64,000 nucleotides of DNA from Macrostomum lignano. Taxonomy: Eukaryota. Below the pieces are notes generated by a model, which ran no database searches, had not been told where the DNA came from, and worked only from the letters and a program-made list of their open reading frames with translations. The translations under genes and the position numbers were made by a program. Shown here one piece after another: positions 1 through 9,705 of this stretch (positions within the stretch are counted from its first letter, which is position 1; each line of letters opens with the position of its first letter). Where the stretch lies: positions 1 to 64,000 of the forward strand of contig NIVC01002235.1 in NCBI GenBank assembly GCA_002269645.1, in the 5' to 3' direction.

Positions 1-319
1 TAATACTTAGGAGCTTGGCTGCGCATTGCCACCATGTCTTCAAGCTTTTACCTTGGGAAGAGGAGTACCTCTGTTCCTTCAAAAGATTTCTCATTGAAGT
101 GGTACTGAAGCGTAGACGGGTTTCACGCAATTTGGAGACATCGCCACTAATAGTGACTAGCAGTAGCTTTGCTTCTACCACTCAGGCCACGGGATAACCT
201 TGAAGTTCATTGATGGCAGTGTAGCTCACGCCGTATACCTCCCAGTAGTAAATATTGGGTGGTGAAGCTTGTTAATCCTTTTTGAACATCTAACAATCCT
301 CCTTCAAATACTAATTGGT

Positions 320-348
320 CGAGACCTTCGTCGCATGCGTCGCATGAT
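320..348 (-). repeat. Double-hairpin mini-element
   Basis: Minus strand AT-CATGCgacGCATG-CGACgaagGTCtCG; second arm imperfect. Confidence 0.7.
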
Positions 349-403
349 TGCTCATTTTTATAGCCTTAAAAAACATGATAGCACCAATTGTTTTGCAAAT
401 TCT

Positions 404-891
404 TCAATTGTTGTTAACAAATTTAGTTTTATTATCAATAGCAGCTAAGTATCTTTTATTTGTCCAATGTTCAGACTTTTTCATATGATCTTCGTCTTTG
501 TAATTAAATGAAGAAGCAGGAATAAAATGATCAATATGTAAAGCACCACCATAGTCTTTTGGAACATAATAATGTTTTGTGAAATTTAACCAATCAATAA
601 AGAATTCAATTGAGCAACCAAGGTAATCAATAGTATGATTATTTTTTGAGCATTATTTGATTTTAATAGTTGATTTATTCTATTTCGTGAGGTGATAATA
701 AGTTTGTAATTTTCATCAGTGTGATATTTATTTTTTATATATTCTTTATTGTTTTTATTCCAAAGTTTTGATATAACTTTCTCACAAGATCGACAATCAT
801 TTCTAAATTTTTTTGAATCATTTCTCCATCTAAAAAAATCTTTAGTCATTGTTTCTCTCTTTACATCGACTACAAATCTTTTAGTTTCCAT
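404..891 (-). CDS. HNH (beta-beta-alpha-Me) endonuclease of the giant-virus type, one frameshift near 640
   Basis: ORF 586..915 (FRNDCRSCEK) continues in another frame as TIDYLGCSIEFFIDWLNF...LHIDHFIPASSF...EHWTNKRYLAAIDNKTK, with stop at 404-406. The LGCS..HIDH..P..HWTN pattern matches NCLDV HNH proteins. ATG at 891 is preceded by TATAAA. Confidence 0.7.
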
Positions 892-920
892 TTTATAAAA
901 AAATAAATTTAACAATTAAT

Positions 921-1578
921 TAAACACCAGTATGTCCAGCAGCTTTCGCAGCAGCTAAAACAAGTTTTCGGGTTTTAAATCCTTCTCCAACAGCTGGTTT
1001 GTTATTTATAGAAATTAAATATCCTTTTATACAAGCTGGTATTTTTAGCAGCTCCTCCTAACTCATCATAAAAAATTTTTGCACTTACTAATTCATCCCT
1101 AGTATATAAATCAGGGTTAAATTTTACCCTAGGGTTCATAAAATATTATATGCTCCACCCAATTCTGTATATAGTTCATTTCGATTTTTATCAACTCCAC
1201 AATTCGATAATTATTATTACCTAAATCTGTAACAGCAATACTAGGTGGTACTCTTGATATTGTTCATCAACTCCATCCTTCTCTGCAGCCCTAATCTCTA
1301 ATCTCAATTGCTTGATCAACACATAAGCAGGCGGCTCATCCCAAAATTTCATCCTCTTTTGGCTCAGTATTTTTAGCAATTTTTTCCAGAAGATCTTTAT
1401 CTGTTTTTTCTAGTTCACTAATTTTCCCAGTAATAGGATTAACAAAAGGAGCAGCAAATCTTTCACCAGCTAATTGTATTCCTAACTTTCTTTTTTGTAA
1501 ATTTCTAACAAAATCAGAATATCTTTGCTTCTCTTTATAAATCGCTAACTCTCCATCAACGTCCATAAATTGACTCAT
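921..1578 (-). CDS. Polinton conserved protein (PZ-like), frameshifted at least twice
   Basis: ORF 1336..1578 continues in shifted frames to ...PAVGEGFKTRKLVLAAAKAAGHTGV*. This resembles the LL.ASK.AGNTG C-terminal motif of a conserved Polinton protein. Confidence 0.4.
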
Positions 1579-1611
1579 TTTTTAACATAAAAAACTTTTT
1601 TAACTTAAAAA

Positions 1612-3078
1612 ATGGCTGAAACAAAAACTATGTGGAGTGATAAATTTCATTTCAAAAAGCACCGACAGTATATTAATGAGGTCAGAGCAAGAGATTTAAA
1701 TTATACCCTACCAACAAGTGATAATTCAAATAACTTTACTACTGGAACGGTAACTTTTGACATCGGCGCAACCAACACTATATTGGATATGAAAAATGCA
1801 TTTTTCCGTGTTAGATGGTTGTATACTAGAAATGATGGAACTGCTCTTGCAGCCGGAGATATCGCAGATCGATCCGGAATAATAATAGAAAATGATTGGT
1901 TTTATAAATGTTTTTCCCAAGCTCAACTAACTGTTAATGGTGCTGAGGTTGAGACATCATCAAACCCCGCAGAGATTAATGGAGTTTTGAAACATTTAAA
2001 TTATACTTATTTATCAAAACAAGTTGGTGATAATGTTGGGTGGATGCCGGATAAAGGTAACGGTCAAGCAGTAGTTTTCCCTAATGTACAAAACGCAGCT
2101 GGTGCAGATACTGCAGCTCTAATTGTTTACCTTAATACAAATAGTTCCAGTTGTAACCACTATGACTAATACAAAAGATATTAACACGGTTTTATAGATC
2201 GTCAGAATAAATTCCCAGTCGCGGTTTTAACCACAGCAACAGCATATGAGCAGGACTTTTCAATCTTTCCACTATTTGGGTTTTTCTCACCAAATCGGGT
2301 ATGGAAAGGATTAAAATTTGGGATACAGTTGCAAATATCTGGTGGATATCAGCCTAGGATACTTTATGGAACCTCAATTTCAACCGATATAGCAGTTCGT
2401 ATAGATTCAATTCAATTAGTCGTACCAACTATTGAGGTAACAGCCCCACTTTTAAAACACATCGATAATCAGTTAACGCATGATCAGGAAATATTTTATT
2501 TGAATCGTCGACATTTTATGCGAACCATTAATAATAACAGGATTCATTCCAGTGGCAAATACTGACATCAAAACGTCGGGTGAGATATATTTTTGTTTGG
2601 TTTAAGATAACAAATAGAAGGAGTAAAAGAGCAAATGGGGATTTATATTGGCTTCAATCCGGTGCCATAGCAGAACAAGCAGCCACCGCAACAGACAATG
2701 CGGCTGCAGCTATTAACGAGTTTAATGTTCAGAATATCCGCCTGCAGGTTGATGATCAATATTATCCGGTTAAAGACCCCTAAATTAAATATAGCAAATA
2801 ATGATGTTAATGATTTTATAAAATATTATCAAGATTATGCCAAAAATGAAGCATATGCCGTCCCTCAGTACACACCCACAGAGTTTCTAAACATTCATCC
2901 AGTGGTTGTTTATGATCTAACGGCACAGAAAGAAAACGTAGCCAATATTGGACTTAATTATATGTTAGAGATTAATAAAACCGGTAATCAGGCACTTGAC
3001 GCCCACGTATTGTTTCTAGAGGAATATATGTCAATTGCTAAAGCTGATGGCACGATTGTTCGGGACGCGCCACTTTAG
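1612..3078 (+). CDS. Major capsid protein (double jelly-roll), split by ~4-5 indels
   Basis: Fragments 1612..2169, ~2185..2565, 2580..2783 and 2698..3078 join. Motifs FSQAQLTVNGAEVETSSNP, N.GFIDRQ, FPLFGFF, RYIFVWF, NVQNIRLQVDDQYYP and PVVVYDLTAQKE match Polinton MCPs. Confidence 0.88.
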
Positions 3079-3127
3079 TGTCGCAGTGCAAAGCACGTCG
3101 CAGCGTGCAGGTCTCCGACGTCGCGCC
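3061..3127 (+). repeat. Composite GC-rich hairpin cluster at the MCP stop
   Basis: CGCCAC-ttta-GTGTCG, GTGC-aaa-GCAC (the 12-mer GTGCAAAGCACG is identical to 9310-9321) and CGTCG...CGACG. Confidence 0.6.
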
Positions 3128-3149
3128 TATTTAAATTATTTCTTTAAAA

Positions 3150-3911
3150 ATGGTAAAGGCAAAACACGATAAGATATTTCCAAATGATCCTTTTCTTTGT
3201 TTAGTAATCGGGGATCAGGTAAAGGAAAAACACACTTTGTTTACGATTTATTAACAACAGATGGAATGTTAGACTATAATAATTTAATAATTTATACTAA
3301 AAACCTAGAATAAAATATTATGAATTTCTTAAACATGGATTAAAAAACAAATTAAAAAAAGATGTCTTGTTTAGAATGTTAAGAGCATATGAGCAATATG
3401 AGGATGATGACGAACCGCGATTTACACTCGATGACATTGAGGATTTATGTAAAACAATGGCACAACAGCCAGAAAACATCACCGAACGAGCCCCAACTGT
3501 TAGAGTATCAACCCGATTAGCCTATGATCAAATTCCAAAACATGATAAAACACTAATTATTTTTGATGATTGTATTAATGACGGTGATCAAGAATTGCAA
3601 AAGGAAATTTTTGTTAGTGGTAGAGGAGATGGAATTGGAGCTTTTTATCTAACACAGTCCTTTAGAGAATTAGAATCGATTATAAAAAAGAATGCAAGTT
3701 GTTGTGTAATGTTTGATTTAGATAATTATGATTTACAAAATATACACGCTAGATTTAATCCTGGTTGGATGCAAAACCATTTAAAAGTATGTGTAAAAAA
3801 ATTTGGGATGATAGCCAATACAAACATATTTATATCAATCCGAGGTTAGAAAGGAAAAATCGAATCTTAAAAGATCTTATAAAAGAAGACGATGAGGAAG
3901 AAGAGACATAA
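3150..3911 (+). CDS. A32/FtsK-like packaging ATPase, frameshifted
   Basis: MVKAKHDKIFPNDPFLCLVIG(G)SGKGKT gives Walker A after restoring one G in the run at ~3210. Walker B is LIIFDDC. The GRGDGIGAFYLTQSF...IIKKNAS segment is A32-type. Probable acidic C-terminus EDDEEEET* near 3911. Confidence 0.88.
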
Positions 3912-3925
3912 TTCCCACTATAAAA

Positions 3926-4711
3926 ATGACTACAAATTTAGATACTATAAAACAATTGGTAGATCGAACTAATTCAAAATTTAGTACAACATTACAGTTT
4001 ATAATGACAACCAGCGAGCAACGGATTCAATTGCGCGATCCATTACAACTTGATCAAAGCCTAAGTTATCAAATAGGTTTAATACTATTTTCGGTTTTCA
4101 ACATGCCTCAATTAATTAATGCAACAAATAATCAATTTAGATATTCTAAAGATTCCGGAGCCAATTGGACAACATTTAGCGTTAACCCAGGAGCGTATAG
4201 CTATACTGATTTGAATGCTTATATAGAAGGAGAATTAACATCTAACGGCGATTGGGTAGCAGGCGCAATTGTTATAGGTGTTGATTTACCATCTGGCAGA
4301 TTCACACTATCACTAGGATCCGGATATCAGGTTGATTTCACAATTGCAAATTCACTCAGAACCATACTTGGATTTAATTCCCGAATAGTTACCACATCAA
4401 GCACCGGTGATACAGTTGGAAATATAGAGGGTGGAGTAAATACAATTAATATAACAACCGACATTTCAAACGGTGGTTATATAACAGATAATAACGGAGT
4501 TTTGGTTCAACGTGGAATTATTTATTCAATCCCATTTCTTGCTGTTCCAATTGGAGAGAAAATGATTGTATCACCTCAAACCCCAATATATTACCCATTA
4601 AATCAATATAATGTTCAATCAATTTATATTAGGATTGTAGATGAAAGCGATAGATTAATAAGTTTTGGTGGGCAGTCAATAACAATAATTTTACGTATAA
4701 AACAGGTTTAA
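3926..4711 (+). CDS. Minor capsid protein (penton, single jelly-roll), intact
   Basis: 261 aa with NNQFRY, PGAYSYTDLNAYI, SLRTILGF and PIYYPL...IYIRIVDESDRLISFGG. This is the typical Polinton penton pattern. Confidence 0.88.
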   Translation: MTTNLDTIKQLVDRTNSKFSTTLQFIMTTSEQRIQLRDPLQLDQSLSYQIGLILFSVFNMPQLINATNNQFRYSKDSGANWTTFSVNPGAYSYTDLNAYIEGELTSNGDWVAGAIVIGVDLPSGRFTLSLGSGYQVDFTIANSLRTILGFNSRIVTTSSTGDTVGNIEGGVNTINITTDISNGGYITDNNGVLVQRGIIYSIPFLAVPIGEKMIVSPQTPIYYPLNQYNVQSIYIRIVDESDRLISFGGQSITIILRIKQV

Positions 4712-4736
4712 TCGTTCGAAACGCGGACTTTGTCCG
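4711..4736 (+). repeat. Double-hairpin mini-element
   Basis: AT-CGTTcgaAACG-CGGACtttGTCCG directly after the penton stop. Confidence 0.85.
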
Positions 4737-4751
4737 TTTCCTATAGTAAAA

Positions 4752-4931
4752 ATGGGTAATAATAATAATAATTTACTAAAAAAACAATCAGAAAAAGTTA
4801 AAAAAGCTGAAGATAATTACGAACTAGAACTAGCAAAATTAAGGCAGTTACAAGCTGATAAAATAAGAAAGGAATTGTTAAAACCCACACCTACTAAACT
4901 AACTAAAACCAAGAGTTTTTCAGGAACATAA
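4752..4931 (+). CDS. Small hypothetical coiled-coil protein (59 aa, MGNNNNNLLKKQ...)
   Basis: Fills the penton-protease gap and is preceded by TAAAAATG like neighbouring genes. No family recognised. Confidence 0.4.
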   Translation: MGNNNNNLLKKQSEKVKKAEDNYELELAKLRQLQADKIRKELLKPTPTKLTKTKSFSGT

Positions 4932-4932
4932 A

Positions 4933-5341
4933 ATGACCATGACGTGGGATGATTTTAAACAAAGATATGGAACGGACACAACAAGCAATATCGAATTAAC
5001 AAATTGGGCGGCAGTTAAAAATAAAACCATTTAGATGTGTTATGCGGGATGAGATAAAAGACTTACCACAATATGGATCTTTCATTGTTAATATTGAAAC
5101 AACAAAAGAAAATGGTGTTCATTGGTCAGCAGTTTATTCAAAACCAAAACTTGTTTATTTTTTTGATTCATACGCGCTTCCTCCGTTACAGGAAATAAAA
5201 GATAAATTTAATCATACTAAAAATCGTTTATGTGGAGATTATCACGAACAATTTCAAACATTTGATAAAAGTTATTGCGGGCAAGCGGCGTTGTATTTTT
5301 ATATATTAATAACTCGAAGAAACCCGAAGTATTTAAGATGA
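4933..5341 (+). CDS. Adenain-like cysteine maturation protease, frameshifted near 5010
   Basis: TSNIELTNWA / LKIKPFRCVMRDE...NGVHWSAVY...YFFDSYALPP...QFQTFDKSYCG. The His, Asp, Gln and Cys catalytic set is present. Confidence 0.88.
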
Positions 5342-5370
5342 TCATGCAAAGCATGCGTGCCGATCACGAT
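5341..5370 (+). repeat. Double-hairpin mini-element
   Basis: AT-CATGCaaaGCATG-CGTGccgatCACG-AT at the protease stop. Confidence 0.85.
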
Positions 5371-5409
5371 CGACGATGATTTTAGACTCTATAAAATAGA
5401 CAGTAAAAA

Positions 5410-7453
5410 ATGTTATTTTCTGGAACACCCTCATGGAACGGAACATCAAGTACTGGTGGTGGTACTTCTGGTGGAATAAGTGTTACATTCGGAGATAACC
5501 GATATATTAATGAAGATGAAGGTTATAAAAAAAGTGAAGTTGATACTAAACTAAATTTAAAAAGAAATGTTGCAGATTCCTATACCAAAACTCAAATAGA
5601 TAATTCCCTAAATTTAAAACGGAACGTAGCCGATTCATATACAAAAACAGAGGTTGACAATGGGTTAAATTTAAAAAGAGATATAACTGATTCTTATTCT
5701 CGAACTCAAATAGATGATTCATTAAATTTAAAACGCAATACGGCCGATTCTTATACCAAAACTGAAGTTGATAATTCCCTAAATTTAAAACGGAATGTTG
5801 CTGATTCCTATACCAAAACTGAAGTTGATAATTCCCTAAATTTAAAAAGAGATATAACTGATTCCTATACCAAAACCGAAGTTGATAATTCCCTAAATTT
5901 AAAAAGAGATATAACTGATTCTTATAGCAAAACTGAAGTTGATAATTCCTTAAATTTAAAAAGAGATATAACTGATTCCTATACCAAAACGGAGGTTGAT
6001 AATTTAGTTGGGGTGGAGCCCAAAACAAGATCGATTCCAAACGGTTGAAACTGGTCACATACCTACCATGGCAGATTGGAGTGGAAATGGTTTTGCAATA
6101 ACCGCAAGCACTGCATTTAATACAACTGATTTTGCAAGTTGGAAAGCGTTTGATGGAAATGATTCAACAGATTGGGCAACAAATAATACTCAAACCGATT
6201 ATTGGATTCAAGTCCAATGCCCTTCCGCAATAATGTGTTATAAAATTGATTTACGTGGTAGGCCATCACCTTCAACCGAGCACCCAGCATCATGGCGATT
6301 TGAGGGAAGTAATGACAATACAAGTTGGGACGTATTAATACCTGCGGATAGTTCTGTAGCAATAAATAACTCAACTCAAACAATTAATGTCACACAAAAT
6401 TTTGATAAAACATATTCATATTTCAGATTGTTCTGTCTTACATCAACCTCGGGTTCAACCAACCCGGGTCTGTCAACCTTCCAGATTTATAGACAGACGT
6501 TTACAATTCTTGATTTAAATTTGGGAGTGGTTAATCAATCAATTGATATGGGAGGTAATACAATTACTAATATCTCTACTATAAACAATAACAGTTCTGT
6601 TGTTACTAAAGGTTATGTTGATACGCGAGTAACACAAACGGCGGATGGCCGAATGTCTTTTAACGATAAAATAAAATTGGATGGAATACCTGCAATCGAT
6701 GCCGCTTTGTACGAGCCTGTAATTTGCAATTGGACTGGATATCAAAACCCAACCACAGCCGGTGATATTTTTCCAACTGGAAGTTTTGTTGGTAGCGCTA
6801 CTTATATTGATTATCAAAATGGAGCTAGAATTACTGATGAAGCAAGTGGTCAGTCTGGAGCGTTGCAATTTAATTTCACCCATTTTCGTAATATCTCCGC
6901 CTCCTTCTATTTCCGAGTTGCTAATGCTACAGGAAGTGGTGCTGATGCGGTTTGGTTTTATGCATATTGTCACGAACGTCCAACAAGTGAATTTGGATCC
7001 GGGTTAACAACCCGCGCCGGCTTGATTGTGTTTGCGAGTGAATGGCATGATAGAGTTGGGGTTGTTTGGAGCAATATAAAATCAGACGGTGCAACAGCTC
7101 GTAATGATGTTCTTAATGACGCAGATCAAACTATAACCTATGCTAATATTGATAACGGCGATTGGCATCTTTTTGAAATTAATATTTTAAATCAAAGAGT
7201 TTGGTATCAAATAAGCACATACAATGTATCAGCTAATACATATACGCTAATTGGGCAAAACTTTTTTACATATGATAGTGGAACTTGGGGAGATTTAGAT
7301 AAAACGGGAACTCTTATGGGTTTTGGTGCTCGAACTGGAGGAGCAGATGCCGCACATTTTATTCGTGGTGCAGCCGTTTGTGGTAGCACATCAGCAGGAT
7401 ATGATTTTGCTGCGACCGCATATTTGGAACGGCCACAAACCGAAATCGCCTAA
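5410..7453 (+). CDS. Fiber/receptor-binding protein: 19-aa repeats, F5/8-C discoidin domain, L-type lectin-like domain; one frameshift at ~6010
   Basis: Eight-plus YTKTEVDNSLNLKRDITDS repeats. WKAFDG..TDW..YWIQ..SWRFEGSND..W indicates discoidin. IDMGGNTITNI..VTKGYVD is a shaft motif. SGALQF..GADAVWF..DNGDWH..GFGARTGG..HFI indicates a ConA/legume-lectin fold. Confidence 0.75.
5524..6003 (+). repeat. 57-bp coding tandem repeat (~8.4 copies)
   Basis: Unit tataccaaaactgaagttgataattccctaaatttaaaaagagatataactgattcc, spaced exactly 57 nt (5524 to 5980 = 8 units). Confidence 0.95.
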
Positions 7454-7487
7454 GGCTAAAGCCTAAGTCGCGAACCAAAGGTTCGAT
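7445..7487 (+). repeat. Double-hairpin mini-element
   Basis: AT-CGCCTAAGGCTaaAGCCTAAGTCG (9/11 paired)-CGAACCaaaGGTTCG-AT spanning the fiber stop. Confidence 0.8.
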
Positions 7488-7509
7488 ACCTTAAATATTT
7501 CTATATAAA

Positions 7510-7833
7510 ATGGCTTTTAGTAGAACTCCATCGATGCGGCAAAATAATGTTATTATTCCTATTCCTAAACAAGAATCAAATATAAAAACATTCAAATCTC
7601 ATACCAAATTTTTATTTAGTACTGTAAATGTTCAGGATAATAAGAAACTTCAAGAATTAATTAAATTATTAAAAAATCATATTATACTTCAAGAGTTTTG
7701 GAAAATAGGATTTAAATGGGAGAAAAAAGAAAGAATCTCCAATACAATACCTATTAAGCTCGGGCAAATACCCAAAGAGCGTGGGGAATTCATTTTGGTG
7801 CTATTAAAAATAGACGAGAATGTCGGTATCTGA
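7510..7833 (+). CDS. Hypothetical viral protein
   Basis: 107-aa ORF with CTATATAAAATG start context, inside the viral gene cluster. Confidence 0.55.
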   Translation: MAFSRTPSMRQNNVIIPIPKQESNIKTFKSHTKFLFSTVNVQDNKKLQELIKLLKNHIILQEFWKIGFKWEKKERISNTIPIKLGQIPKERGEFILVLLKIDENVGI

Positions 7834-8430
7834 AGCAGATAAATGGGAACGCGACCGGTTCAACCAACGTAAAGGTCAGATGTTAAGTAATGTTGATCGA
7901 ATAAATTATGATTATGATTTATATGCTAAAAAAGTAAGAAGAGTTTCAAACCATATAAGAAATATGGATTTTTCAATATTGGATTTGGAAGCTTATCAAT
8001 GTTATGTGTAATCGTTTTAGGTATTTTACAATCTATTCCAACTCTTAATTTATCTCAATTATTTTTAGGTATTTCAATTGGCTCAATATCAGGTTTTGAA
8101 TTGATCAGGAACTTATCAATACTTTTAGCAATTAAATTATATCTTAAAAAAAGAAAGGAAAAATATAAATCTTTAAGAGATGTTGCAAAACAATATAAAA
8201 ATCAATTATATTTATATGTGCAAAAAATATTGGATGATGGAGAGATAACGATTCATGAATTATCAACCGCGGTTGAATTATATGAAAAATATTTAAAAGA
8301 TAGAAATAGAATTTTGGATGTTGAAACTTTTACCGATATGGAATTGAAGGAATTGCGTTTGGACAAACCCAAAGCTCCACCTATAGATACATTAGGTATT
8401 TACGAACCTGAAACTATTGGTAGAACTTAA
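7820..8430 (+). CDS. Conserved Polinton two-TM membrane protein (DGEI motif), one frameshift at ~8005
   Basis: 7820..8011 and 7999..8430 join. A basic helix is followed by two hydrophobic segments and KILDDGEITIHELSTAVELYEKY, resembling the KAL.DGEIS.EEF..I..E.EKY motif of Polinton/adintovirus membrane proteins. Confidence 0.65.
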
Positions 8431-8920
8431 TGTTGTTTAGTTTTTCTAATGCATATGTTATATATTCTTCCCAAAGTGGTAACTCTCTTCTGATCCTAGG
8501 TTTAAATTTTTTATCAATACATAAAAATTCCAATGACTTTTTCAATAACATTTCGTTAGGTATGTTGCCTATCCTTATAAACTTTGTATTCTCTCGTATA
8601 AGAAAATTGAAATAATATCCAACTAAAATTAAAATCCTTTCGGCGTCTTTCGAACTTAATCCCTTTCCTTTATTTAAATGGAAAAAGTTATTATATAAAT
8701 AAACATTATTTCCCGGAATTAAAATTGGATTGGAAATGTCTCTTGTAAGATTTCTTAAAATTGTGTTTTTAAAATAGTAATATGAGTTTTCAATCTTTTT
8801 TGTTTTTTCAAATTGATATATTTTAGAACATGAATAACACATATGATATATATCTCCGCTTGCTGTTTGAGCTCTGTGCATAGTCACGTTACATTTATTA
8901 CATTCGTAAATGTCTTTCAT
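8414..8920 (-). CDS. Hypothetical protein with N-terminal CxxC-CxxC zinc ribbon
   Basis: YECNKCN...HMCYSCSK; 168-aa open ORF. Confidence 0.55.
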   Translation of the reverse strand: MKDIYECNKCNVTMHRAQTASGDIYHMCYSCSKIYQFEKTKKIENSYYYFKNTILRNLTRDISNPILIPGNNVYLYNNFFHLNKGKGLSSKDAERILILVGYYFNFLIRENTKFIRIGNIPNEMLLKKSLEFLCIDKKFKPRIRRELPLWEEYITYALEKLNNIKFYQ

Positions 8921-8946
8921 TTTTTTGTTATTTTTTTAGATTAAAA

Positions 8947-9276
8947 ATGGAGAGCTGGTTCAAAACCGATTCTAATGTGATTAATTATCTCACACCCAAT
9001 ATGTTGGAGAATAAAGAATATAATATTATATGTTTGAGGCAGGTTAAATTTATTGGACTTCAATCGATATTTATACAATTGGATGGGAATAAAATTTTAT
9101 GTCTAAGTGGGAATGATGTTAAAAATTTTCCAGTTTTAGTTATTAATAAACCAAAAGCGTTTGTTATGAAATACAGTATGGAGGGTGGGTTGCAATTTAA
9201 ACTAAAACAAGCAAAAAATAAAAAGAGTGATAGGACTGTAAAATTGGCTTCGGTTTGGGAGGATGACTCCGAATAA
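8947..9276 (+). CDS. Hypothetical protein, possible OB-fold/SSB-like
   Basis: Beta-rich 109 aa with an acidic tail WEDDSE and TAAAAATG start context. The fold assignment is inference. Confidence 0.5.
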   Translation: MESWFKTDSNVINYLTPNMLENKEYNIICLRQVKFIGLQSIFIQLDGNKILCLSGNDVKNFPVLVINKPKAFVMKYSMEGGLQFKLKQAKNKKSDRTVKLASVWEDDSE

Positions 9277-9297
9277 GTTTAAATTTTTTATAAGAAA

Positions 9298-9705
9298 ATG
9301 GAGACAATCGTGCAAAGCACGCGTATCGATGATACGATAAAAATCCTTATCACTAAAGAGCGCGAACTTAATGATATTAATAAAAAAATAAATAATATGT
9401 TTTATAGTGATTATGGTGATCGAACGAAGTTCGCGTATTTATACGATGATATGTTTCCTATCCGATACGACTTGGATAAAAGAAAACGTTTTATACAAAA
9501 AGCAATTAATTATGCTGAAATAGTAATTGAAATTGAAATTGATCGTCTTGTTAGAAAAATAAAAAAACTTAGGAAAAAAATAAAGGAATGTTTAAGTTAC
9601 CCTGCCGACTGTGAGGATAATTGGTGCTCAATAATATATGAAATTGAAGTTAATGATTTGCTCAAACAATTACATGCTTTAGTTTTTTACAGACCCGATA
9701 AGTAA
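9298..9705 (+). CDS. Hypothetical protein carrying two in-frame double-hairpin inserts
   Basis: 135-aa ORF convergent with and overlapping the PolB stop. Confidence 0.5.
   Translation: METIVQSTRIDDTIKILITKERELNDINKKINNMFYSDYGDRTKFAYLYDDMFPIRYDLDKRKRFIQKAINYAEIVIEIEIDRLVRKIKKLRKKIKECLSYPADCEDNWCSIIYEIEVNDLLKQLHALVFYRPDK
9307..9338 (+). repeat. Double-hairpin mini-element (in frame)
   Basis: AT-CGTGCaaaGCACG-CGTATCgatGATACG-AT. Confidence 0.9.
9419..9447 (+). repeat. Double-hairpin mini-element (in frame)
   Basis: AT-CGAACgaaGTTCG-CGTATttATACG-AT. Confidence 0.88.

Noticed and set aside
1-250. ORF 15..197 as an integrase chromodomain (FLIEVVLKRR)
   Set aside because: No downstream YLVKW.GY-type motif in any frame; identity unresolved.
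244-260. AGTAGT as the left Polinton terminus
   Set aside because: The following bases (AAATATTGGG) do not match the terminal sequence AGTAGTGGAGAAAAAG, and no TGGCGC TSD precedes it.
1853-1878. CCGGA...TCCGG inverted repeat in the MCP gene as a hairpin element
   Set aside because: Only a 5-bp stem with a long loop and no tandem second hairpin.
8263-8276. Perfect 14-bp palindrome TCAACCGCGGTTGA as a member of the hairpin family
   Set aside because: It is a single loopless palindrome lacking the two-hairpin, AT-flanked architecture; plausibly chance.
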